Assembly (NCBI RefSeq): GCF_964204645.1 | Contig: NC_134026.1 | Span: forward strand, 26,384,150-26,448,149 | Origin: Tubulanus polymorphus | Lineage: Eukaryota; Animalia; Nemertea | Direction: 5' to 3' | Length of the DNA stretch: 64,000 bases | Part shown: positions 13,901-24,409 of the stretch, piece by piece | How positions within the stretch are numbered: position 1 is the first letter of the stretch | Layout: each line of letters starts with the position of its first letter | Made by a program: the position numbers and the translations under genes | Notes under the pieces: model-generated | Seen by the model: the letters and a program-made list of their open reading frames with translations, nothing else | Databases searched by the model: none | What the model was told of the DNA's origin: nothing

Positions 13901-16900
13901 TCATTTTGGGAGACTCTACCCTTTTCAGGTAAACTTGGCGGATGACTTGGGTTTGGGTATAAGTGCAGTCCAAATACAAGCCATACTATGAAATATATTC
14001 TGAACATACATTTCTTGAATAAGTTAAATGGAATACTTACAAGTTCCAGTAAACATGCACAAAACTTGGATATATTTTGCATCAACCAACCTTTTTAATG
14101 GGGTGATGTTTTTCTGCTTTCGCTTTAGCAGCGAATCTGTTTGAAAGCTCATCATGCAATTTCGCTACCAAAGGCTTAACAAGCAGACGTGGTTTTTCAT
14201 CTGGTAATTTTGTTTTACCCCAAACAGGTGGCTGACGAAGCGGTGGTCTAGAAGGTGGAAGTGCTGGTGGTATATTGTCTAATTTATTACATACTTCATG
14301 AGGGCGTGGTGGAACAGGGGGAGCATCCTCATTATGAGACACAGCTTGACGACCACCTCTGTCCGAAGTTGGAACTAAGGGTGGAGTATCCATCTGCCTG
14401 TTCAGTCTATTGCCAATATATCTCGATGGAACTGAAATGAAAAAATAAGTTTATCAAATAGGCTTCTACATGAATAATCTTATGGAAATAAGCCCTAAAA
14501 AGCATTTCTAATTTCGATTCTTACAATACAAGTCATAACAAATTTACCTGGCGGACTGGGAGTATCTTCGAAAAGTTCATTAGGATCAGTGTAATCTTCA
14601 TCCGAATGATTAGCTAGCAGAAATTTATAAATCCTTCTTGAGTAATTGAGAATACATACGTACGATGTAGTATGATGTTTGATTAATATGTATGCCAAGA
14701 TATGGACATAATTTCTTCAAAGATAATATATACATGCATAGCGGTCTCTGGTAAATTGAAATACAGTTGAATGTTCAGATAAAACTCATTCTAGCAAGTG
14801 ACACTTACATACTGGTTCAGGTAATTGTAGCTCTTCATTTTGGTAAATATCTTCATCATCAGCTCCATCTCCTTAAATGTACCATATTGAAAACATCACA
14901 AAATCAGACCTTTTTATGTGTTTGGAAGCCATTTTAGCATAGAGTACTATACCGGTACCCAGTACATATTCTTAGCTGACTTTGTGATCAATTCACTTAC
15001 CATTTGGAGGTGGTGGTAAAGGTTTATTTAGTGTTCTCTCATGTGTGTTATGGCTTTCCTAAAATGTATGAACAAATTTAAAATCGTAATAGATTGTGAT
15101 AGAATCTTAGAATTTCAAGTGAGTGTAACCTTGTCCAATTTAGCACTGTGATAATAATACACAAAATTTCAGCAAGCTTATTCAAAGGAAGGGAACCATG
15201 ACTGATTCATCAAAATCATCTGCTTCTGACAATTACTAAATACGTTGATCTGCTTCCTGATTATATATACGGAATATTCAACAGTGTAATTACTGGGTAT
15301 CTATTGCTTAAAAAGAAAAATCAATTATGGTGTATAGGTCTATATACGATATATGATCAAATGATGATTTTATACTGCCACGCATACCGTAAGTGGGACC
15401 TCTTGACTTAATCTTTTTAACATTTTCTGAAGCTGAATATCATAATTCAAACAAATACATGCATGCACAAAATGATTATCTAATAAAACTGCATATTCTT
15501 CTGGTCATGCTATACTGAAAATTGCAATGGAAATGACTTACATGAGAATTATCACAATCCCATCCAGCTGCAAAGGCATGAAAAGAAATATTAAACATTG
15601 TCCTCAGACTTTCGTATTGAATACATGACTAAAGAGAAGTAAAGAAAATGACAAATCAGTAATACCTTCATATTCGTTCTCATTGTCATGCTGAAATTTG
15701 CAGGTACAAACAATCAATTCACATACTGGTACATAAAGGAAGTACATGTTATCATCAAAACAATGCATAAGAAGAAATGTACACTTACCGTGTCAAATTC
15801 ATCAGATGCCCATCCATCATCACTATCTGGGGTGGAGGGTTCAAACTGCAATTCTAACAAAGACATAGCACGGTATCAGTAGGACCTGTACGATTACTAT
15901 GTCCTCAGTGTCAGTAGTGAATGCTTTGAAAAATGACAGATGTTTTTAGTACAGGAAAATACAAGTGCAATTCGATTGGTAATAATGAATGATATCATAT
16001 CGGTAATAGATAACGCAAAAATGACCTAATTATAATTCGTGATGATAAATGTTTTACAAACCTGGCTGAAATCGATCACTTCTGATATCTAGGCCTATAT
16101 CCCTACCCCTGCAAGAAATATGTATTATCTTTTATGTATTTCAAATTAAGCATTCCTGCCATATTTCTAGCAATAGACTGTTGATACTTCATATCATATA
16201 GTTATATGGTTTGGGGGTGCTGGAGGGGGGATGCTGGCTGGGTATAATATTGTTGAATAAAATTCCAATATCGCTCAACACTTATCATATCACATCAACA
16301 TCTCCTCCAGACCTGATTGTAGGAAGTGTCGAAATGGTTTATTGATTATGGGGCTAAAATGAATCAATTACTCACATCGAAAATTACTAAAATGAACGAA
16401 TGACAAAAATGAACGAATGATAAGATTGAAAAATCTACCTTGTAACCTTTTTTTCAATCTTCTGTATATAACCCCAAATTTGCCTACAAAATATCGTTGA
16501 AAAGTTACTTGTCAATTTTTTGGCAAAAATTATCAAATTTTTTAATGACTTACCTTTTCTTTATCCTGTCAATTCCGGGAAGGCACATCACATCTATTTC
16601 CATTAATTCCTACCATTATGTGGTTTGAAACAGAATTTACTTAGATTAGAAGACAAACCAGAAACAGGCTATATGATGGATGGGACTTTACGCATCACTT
16701 ACACATAATCTGCGTCCGTCAATTACTCTTGATCTGAATGTCTTTTCACATTCGTGAAGCTTAGCCTAAAAAGGCAATTAAGAAGATTAAGCTTAAGAAT
16801 TTCAAATCAACTCATCACACAACGACCTGAAACAACACGACAAGGGAATCCGGAACGGGACGGAAGGCGGCCTAACAACAATGCAAGTTGGCAAGGGCCT

Positions 16901-17053
16901 TACTTAACGACGAATTCGGTGCCTGGCTCATTTATATACTTAGCTTCAAGGCTTTGAATTTAATCAACAAAAATCAATTACACTTTTAAGCCATCGGACA
17001 ACATCGTCAACGCCCCATCTCTGTAAATCCTCCCAGTGTGGTAGGCTAGCCAT
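10965..17053 (-). CDS. SLP-76/BLNK/CLNK-family adaptor (N-terminal SAM, acidic tyrosine motifs, Pro-rich middle, C-terminal SH2), many small exons
   Basis: Exons 1-2 MASLPHWEDLQRWGVDDVVRWLKS|AKLHECEKTFRSRVIDGRRLC (SAM-like); motifs DEDIYQN, EDYTDP, DDYLNP, EEVYENP; PPVPPRP/PPALPPSRPP; SH2 PWYYESLRRTDAESLL..DGNFLVRKS..NIPIRKR..YALGK..TFSRVPDLVNFH; TAA at 10965-10967. Some internal exons are uncertain. Confidence 0.8.
13112..13892. mobile_element. Non-autonomous Helentron-associated (HINE-like) element with internal ~146-bp tandem array, intronic
   Basis: Terminal hairpin aagcc-tgtc-ggctt (~13117); subterminal inverted repeats tagctcagctg (~13134) / cagcggagcta (~13882); second hairpin gctgacc-ttc-ggtca; repeat unit starts at 13250, 13380, 13519, 13665, 13811. 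Confidence 0.7.
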
Positions 17054-17454
17054 CCTTCTTGTTGACAGCTCCAATCTTGATTTGAATTGGGATTTCCCCG
17101 AATTTGAGCACTTCCTGGTTGTGTAACCGTACCAGTACGCCATCTATCTTGGAATTTATCAATAACCTGAATATGTGAAACGACGTGAATAAGAACCTAA
17201 ATGATATAATCAGAAATTACTTCGAATTAAACTATAAACATTTATAATGTCTTAAATAAACTACAAATTTTGAATTTTTTATCGAAGGTTGAAACAATAA
17301 CGAACATCAAGTTATGATTATTGGCATCGAGATTTCGTATCCATAGTTTAGTTTTATGATAACTTGTAAGTCAACGCGGAAGTAAAACGAAGTTGACTTT
17401 CTTTTCTTATCGTTGAAACTTTCTAAAACTTTAATAAGTCGATTAATCGGCGAA
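17054..17454. promoter_or_regulatory. Bidirectional promoter between SLP-76-like and DOK-like genes, with NF-kB and ETS sites
   Basis: Divergent ATGs ~400 bp apart; GGGATTTCCC at 17089-17098; ACTTCCTG at 17110-17117; CGGAAGT at ~17377. Confidence 0.6.
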
Positions 17455-19294
17455 ATGTGTGAAGTCCTTAAGTCTGGGCTCCTTTACGAAGGACAGAAGA
17501 GACTTCTGAATATGAAGGTAAGTCAAAAACCCTTCATTAGCACTTAATTCGTGACATTACCCTCGCCGCCCGTCTCGCATCCTCCTCGCTCTGCTGGACC
17601 TCGGACGGACGGACTGTGAACGAAATTGAAAGTAGCGTATGAATCTGGCATTGGTGCGATTCAAGAATAGGGGACTATAGCAATATATATGTAGTGATAG
17701 TAATCAATTAAGTAATAATATTAGTAATTGATAATGATTATATATAATGATGGTAATGTATATAGTAATTAATCTAATGATGATTAGGGAACTAAACCTA
17801 ACCCTAATCCTAACCACTAGTCCCCTATTCTTGAATCTTACCCTGGCGTTGTTGATTTTAGTTATATGTTCAATTTTATTTCTTTGTTGTAGTATATATG
17901 GACCCCCCGCTGGTGTGTCTTGTATCGACTGAATCCAGACAGTGATTTGAGATTTGCCTTATTTCAAAATCAGCATATTTTTGCTCAATCATACCCACAG
18001 TGTCTTTGCGATGCAGACTACGGACGAACTGCAACTGGTGCAAGAACTATCAATGGACCACTGAATGTTATCACCAATTTACAAAATGTAAAGAACTGTC
18101 ATCAGAGAAATCAAGAAAACGTCCTAGAATTCATGACTGTTAGTGGAAAAAAATATCACTTTGCGAGTGCTGATGAAAAAACTGTGAATGATTGGATAAA
18201 AATGTTTCAAATCGGCGAATCTAAGGCTGATTTGATTCATACTAAAAAGTCAATGAATGTCGATAAACCGATGAAATCAGAGGCTCCAGTCAGAAAACTA
18301 TCAACTTCATCAACATCGTCCGGTCATAAACCGTTCACTTCATTAGAACAAGGTATGCTTTAAGAACAACCCATGAATATGAGAATTTCTTGGTTCTATT
18401 TCTGTGTATCATTCGCTCTCAGTATGTTAATCATTTTGTTTTATTTTAGTTTTGGTTTTTCGAGTATTGATCTCCGACACATCGGTTTCTTCAAAGCTTG
18501 GCTTAAGCGGATCGTATGACCTTCATGTAGGCGAACTTGGTTTATCTATCGTGGACGTTACATCAGGGAATCTCAAGGCAATTTGGCCGTATAAGTTCAT
18601 TCGAAGATATGCTAAATCTGATGAAGATTTCACGCTTGAAGCTGGCCGTCGTTGTGAATCTGGACCAGGGTATTTTTCCTTCCTGACATCGGAAGGCGAT
18701 GTCATCCTGGAACAAGTTTTGAAAAGAATGGATGCTATCCAGGCTAATAGTAGTAGAAACTCATCATCTGAATTACCACTTCCAGAGCCTGCAATGGAGA
18801 ATCTTTCTTTAGTAGATAGCCCCGCTAATAAGAATTTTCAGTCACCTTATCCTGTGTATTCAGTTCCGAATAAGAAATCAAATAAAAGTCCTGCTAAAAA
18901 TAAATCAAAAGTGACCACTCCCCCTCAATCAGCTAATGGTGTTTCCAAGACTAAATTTTCGAACCACCTTGTCTCACCACCACCACCACCGAATTATGAA
19001 TACGCAAAAGTTTACATCCCTGATGCTAAGAATGAAAATAATAATATCACTACGGTTGTCAGCAACTCTAGTGATGAAACAGTCACTTCAGATAAAGAAC
19101 CAGTATACAGTCTGGTACATTGCGGTGGTGGACTGAATGAAACAAGTTTGCCTGAACGACCTCCTCTTCCTGATAATCATCCTTCCGGTATTCATGTTAG
19201 CAATGATGAAAGTGAGTACAGTTATGCAACAAATGAGGGACAAGGTAGAAAACTTTTAAGTGTGATGCACCAAAACCAGAAAAAGATTCATTAG
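17455..19294 (+). CDS. DOK (docking protein) family adaptor: PH + IRS-type PTB + Tyr/Pro-rich tail, 3 exons
   Basis: Exon 1 17455-17517 (MCEVLKSGLLYEGQKRLLNMK); exon 2 from 17893 (YIWTPRWCVLYR...YHFASADEKTVNDWIKMFQ, PH); exon 3 WPYKFIRRYAKSDEDFTLEAGRRCESGPGYFSF (PTB); tail motifs YSVP, YAKV, YSLV, YSYA. Confidence 0.88.
17653..17842. mobile_element. MITE with 25-bp TIRs, 8-bp TSD and internal telomere-like repeats, in DOK intron 1
   Basis: ggtgcgattcaagaataggggacta ... tagtcccctattcttgaatcttacc; flanks ctggcatt / ctggcgtt (7/8 match); internal ctaaacctaaccctaatcctaacc. Confidence 0.8.
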
Positions 19295-19408
19295 TTTGTT
19301 CTCACTTCCTTTGAATATTTTCATGATTATTATTTAACTTGGAAGTCATTGATTAAATCATTCAAGCACTAGGAGTTTGTGTGTGCATCCATTCAGAAAT
19401 TCTTCAAA

Positions 19409-19470
19409 TGGAATTTGATTTTTTTTCCTGTTCAAAAGATGGAATTTGATTTTTTTTCCTGTTCAAAAGA
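19409..19470. repeat. ~31-bp direct tandem duplication in DOK 3' region
   Basis: tggaatttgattttttttcctgttcaaaaga present twice in tandem. Confidence 0.85.
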
Positions 19471-20959
19471 AGCCTCAACTCATTGGTTATTAATTTTTTT
19501 ACTTAATTGTGCTATTTCTTTTTGTTGTGAATGGAATTTTTTCCTTTCATTTATGTTACTGTTAATTATCATACATATGTAATTTCATTGATAATGTTAC
19601 TTTGACTGTCTTCCTTGTTTGTGTTGTTACATCTGTCTCAAAAAACCTGGTGGAAAAGTTTTTCTTTTTAAATGAAATGAGGGTTTTTTTGTTTGTTGTA
19701 CTATATATTTAATGTAACATTTGAATGTTAAACAAGTGTATTATGGTTGTAGCAGAGATTATGTTATTTAGAACAACCACTGGTATGTTAAACTACTTTA
19801 AAAATGATTGTAGCTTGAACGTGGGCAAAATCCTTTGTACATGTATTATGCATTTAAAATTTGTTGGAAATTGAAATCTTAGTTTGAAAATTGAAATCTT
19901 TGTTTTGTTTTGTAATTGCCTTTTTAAATCAATGTAATGAGGTATCAATGAAAGATAATAAGGATTTTTGTTTATTGTTATATAATATCACTAACACTGA
20001 TGTGGCATAGGCTTGGTGCATGTAATATTTACTTATAGTCGGGAACCATGACAATTGAATTTTCTCCTGTTATTCAAGTATGGTACATCATCACCTGCAT
20101 GCTGGTTCATGTGAAATGCTAATTCTTGAATCATTATGATGAAAATGGTATTGTGTAATTTTCTATTAAACATTTAAAATGTGTTTTCTTACAAAAATGT
20201 GTAATTCTTAAATCAATCTTTCTGAGCATATGCAGGCCCGTAGTCTTACTGGTTTTATCGGCAGTTTGTTTTTATTGAGATGTGGACCTTTTTATGGTTT
20301 GTAGCAGGTCTACTAAATGCTACTTGGACGGTATACTTTGTACTAATTTTGGTAAAGATTAGCAAAGGCCCTGATTTGTGCTTAATTGATGGATAATGAA
20401 ATTTGAAATCTGTATCCTATTATTAGTTTGCAGAAAATCTGTCAGGTGCCCAGAACTATAAGTTCACAGAAAAGCCCAGAAATCAACGAGTACACGAAAC
20501 ATGGTTCGAACCATTGTTCACCATCTTCACTCGGAACCGCTAGCAAAACTGTGTGTTTGACTAGCTCTTTCCCTGACATACACGCTGTTTTCCCTGACTT
20601 GTCCGATCAATTAACACAGTTAGATCCATAAGACATACATGTATATGGAAACTGTTCAATTATAGGCACGATTTTGTAATCCAAATACCCAGACTTTTTT
20701 AAAGAAAAGAAAATTCGGCCCAAGTGTAATATACGACGAAATAGTGCAATGCGCAAGTTGAAAAAGTAGAGATTCGGTCCTGTATTATTCGATCTCAGGT
20801 CTACACGTCGAATTTAGCCAATAACCGAAAATGAAATATAGACCTGTTTACCTGTTTACATATCCACCACAAAAAAATTGAAAAGTTAAAAAGAAATGGA
20901 AAGAAGGGGACGATTATTGGTTTTATCAGAATGTTTCGTTTATTCAAAATAATGTTTAT

Positions 20960-21303
20960 TACACAGGGTACTGGCTTGCGATATCCTCAAGCAGCTTGTA
21001 ATGTACATCACCATTCTCGCTAACGGTACATATACTCGTCTAAGTATAAAGGTAGCTGACTGGACAAAACACCATGGCGCTGTTAGATTTTCCCCTTAAC
21101 ATGGCCCCAAATCCCTTCTATAGTAGATAGATGCGCAATTCCAAATAACGAGTACCTCGCTGACACAAGCCAAACACCCAATTTCTTTGTTTTCCAGTTC
21201 CCCGATGATACCTGGCTTTCTTCCCAAATAGGCTTTCGTCTATTTCTACAATACCATCTGAAATATCACCATCCATCTCAACTGGATTAAGAGCAGCGGA
21301 CAT
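20960..21303 (-). pseudogene. Merlin/IS1595-family DDE transposase remnant
   Basis: VEIDESLFGKKARYHRG...WVFG motif followed, out of frame, by EGIWGHVKGKI*QRHG...LPLYLDEYMYR; the central catalytic region is missing and stops/frameshifts are present. Confidence 0.85.
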
Positions 21304-21751
21304 AATCTCCTGTAAAAAAATGGTAGTGGTCCATCACAATCTTTTTACCAATCTCGGGATCCTCTTTCATCTTTTCGGATTGTTGCAAGTCGATACCAAA
21401 TGCGTGAATTATAAACAGAACGATGACACCCAACAAACTCCGAGGGTCAAGCTAATCGAGATATTTATCAATCAATATTGTTTTTTAATACATGTACCCC
21501 GTAATGTAATGTTGACATGTATCAAGACTGGGTCGAGCACCTATATTTTGTTTGTTTTTGGGCTTTTTTTGTAACTGAATAAACTAACTTGATCTTTTGT
21601 CTTGTTTACTGCATCTGTCTGATCACCCGTGTACCTGCCAAGAATTGGCAGCGTCAATGTATGCTAGTTTACCTTGTGTACCTATTGGCGTATCGTCAAC
21701 CTGTAACCCTGTTCAACATGTGTATCCATCCCACTTCTCATCAGCCACATG

Positions 21752-22060
21752 CCAGTTGAACAGTCAACCTGTAGACCTCGTGTCCACCCCCTTTTACGTA
21801 ATGTATGCTCGTAGACCTGTAAAACTGTTCAACTTGTGTTCACTGCCCCTCACCAGTGTATTCCAGTTAACCAGTCAACCTGTAGACCTTGTGTCCACCC
21901 CCTTTTACGTAATGTATGCTCGTAGACCTGTAAAACTGTTCAACTTGTGTTCACTGCCCCTCACCAGTGTATTCCAGTTAACCAGTCAACCTGTAGACCT
22001 CGTGTCCACCCCATTTCACGTCGTGTATGCTTGTAGACCTACAAACCTGTTCAACTTGTG
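21752..22060. repeat. 111-bp tandem repeat (~2.8 copies) inside the Merlin element
   Basis: cagtcaacctgtagacc recurs at 21761, 21872 and 21983. Confidence 0.95.
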
Positions 22061-24409
22061 AATATTACGACTCTATTATAATTATAGATATATTATAAAC
22101 TCATGCCCATTAATATCTGCACTAATTTCGTCGTATACTATACTTGGGCTGAAAATTCCCTGATTTCCATGTAAGTTGCCACCCTGTAATATACTGATTG
22201 TGACTGTTTTTGTCATAGCTGATGGTTGAAATCTCTAAAATCCTTCAAATTGAAAAGAAATAACATGAAAATATAGTATTTAGTGATTTTATTTTTTTCT
22301 GTTTCATTTCTTATTTTATGTACAAAAGTTTCAAACATTCATTTCGATTTCAATTCCTATGTTCACATGGTGGACAGTTGTGATGCCATAATATCATTTA
22401 TAATGAATCAATCAACAAAAGACTTACTTTCAGCTATAGCATAACCTTGTGTCTTATCTATCCGCGTAGGAATGTAGTTTAATACATGGCTGATCAATTG
22501 TTCAGATTTCAACAAAAATAATATATATCAATAATGCACCAGTAGTATGCATTCATCTCTGAACATAACCATCAAGGTAAAATACCCAGCAACCTATGAT
22601 GTCCCCTTGATACAAGAACATTTCTACCATTGATACCACGCTTTTACAAAGACAACCTTTGAACAGTTAAGGGAGTGTTATCGGTAGTCTAACAGTAGTT
22701 GACAGGCATTAGACAGTATTGGGATGAGCTGGTATTGTGTAGACTATATTCATCAATTTGTTTATATAAATCATACACTTAAGTAATTACCAGTTTTTAG
22801 ATCTTCACTGGAACATGTTTGTTTTTAGGTGAACTTACATAGGATAAAAGGATTAATTAATATCTGCCAAATCAATGACAAAGCAAAACATAGTTTAAAT
22901 TAACTTCCCCTGGATCAATTAACGTGATACACTGGGACTAAATGAAAACAAAATATAAGCTACGGCATTGAACTTTTCTGAAGACTGTGAGAACAACTGT
23001 TGAATTGGAACACATTTTACAGGCACTTTTGGAGTAATATAATCCCCTGAATAACTTCGGGTGGGGGGGGGGCTTTTAACATACAGAATCATTAATTGAA
23101 CCTAATATTACCTAATGGTGAGGATGATGAACTAGAATATTTACATTTCTCATCAAACATTCAAGACATTAATATGGTTTTTGAGCACTGGAGCACATAA
23201 TAAAATCAACCTCAATCCTTACTATGAGGATCTACATTATAGTTCATTGGTATCAATAAATAACATAATTACGTCAGTCCCCAAGATAAACAATCGTCTA
23301 TACATATTTCCAATCATTCTATAGACAAGTAATACAGGAAGGTATCACAAAATCTGATAATATCAAGATAAATTGACAGTTACTAACGGCAATCCAGTAT
23401 TTCAGGTATATATAAATAGATAGGGACTGTCATAATACAACACAATGAATCATACTCATTACCAATGTCCACTGGACCGAGCAGGGAAAACTATTCATTA
23501 CTTAACAAACCGCTATCTTTACAACCTGAGAAAACATGGAATTTCGTATTTGTTTTTGATCAGGGGTTATAATAATAATGCATGATCATTTACACATTAC
23601 TATATAAACCTCTAAAAGGACACCAAGTAGGCGATCAGTGGTGCTTGCAAAGTAATTCTTTGAATCCAACATTCATATCAATTTCATCCAAATGAAGATA
23701 TAACTAGAGTAACAAGAACATTTTGAAACTTACTTTCTCAATCTTACTCATACTGTAATAATGAGAAGATCTGATTGAGTATTTTTAACATTATCTATGA
23801 AACCTTAAAGTTAGAAATGCAGTAAATTTAAGGCAGTCAAAGAATCTCTATAGATCTTTCAGACAACACCAGAGAATTCAATGAAACAGAAATTGACAAG
23901 GAATCTGTGTCGAGTTTCTTAAATCATGCATGACTTTATTCATCATGATATATAAATTTCATTTCTTTGAAAGTCCGCGTGCTATTTTCTTAGCACATTT
24001 TTTTTAATTGTGTGTCAAAAATCAGCACCATGTATGACACAATTGAAAATGTCAACAATTAGGCCTCAGTCGCACACCCGAGAGACATCAGAGAGAGAGA
24101 GAGAGATCAATTACAAACTGTAAACCACTACAATTTCGATACCGTTAAATCCAGGTGACTGCGAACGTCCGGATGAGTGAGCGCTGATAGTTTTCTTTTA
24201 TCATCGTGATAAGAAATAATCCGCGAGGAAAATCGAAAAAGATCACAGTAAATCCAAAATGGCCAACAACTGAACCACTGGCAAATAATCGCTGCTCCTC
24301 ACGTGTAGAAATATTGATACAAATACACCAGCTGGCAGACCAGCTGTCAAGTCGACAAATTTGTAGCCGATTCTAATTTCACATTACACATCCTAAAAGC
24401 AGCTATGCA

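Larger units (their letters stand above)
20717..22150 (-). mobile_element. Merlin (IS1595/IS1016-like) DNA transposon, internally deleted and non-autonomous
   Basis: TIRs ggcccaagtgtaatatacgacgaaatagtgca / tgcactaatttcgtcgtatactatacttgggct; perfect 8-bp TSD GAAAATTC (20709-20716 and 22151-22158); transposase fragments on the - strand. Confidence 0.9.
20512..22186. mobile_element. Host MITE (…GCCACCCTG terminus) interrupted by the Merlin element
   Basis: Segments ~20512-20716 and 22151-22186 align with the intact copy at 34061-34317 (ttccctgac, caattaacacagt, ataagacata, ggaaactgtt, aaaattc-ctgatt, gccaccctg). Left boundary is approximate. Confidence 0.7.

Noticed and set aside
21118-21303. 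Bacterial IS contamination or horizontal transfer
   Set aside because: TIR/TSD structure, insertion within a host MITE and eukaryotic flanks fit an endogenous Merlin element.
21597-22061. 154-aa ORF with 37-aa repeats
   Set aside because: Produced by the 111-bp tandem repeat inside the Merlin element; antisense to the transposase and with no recognisable domain.
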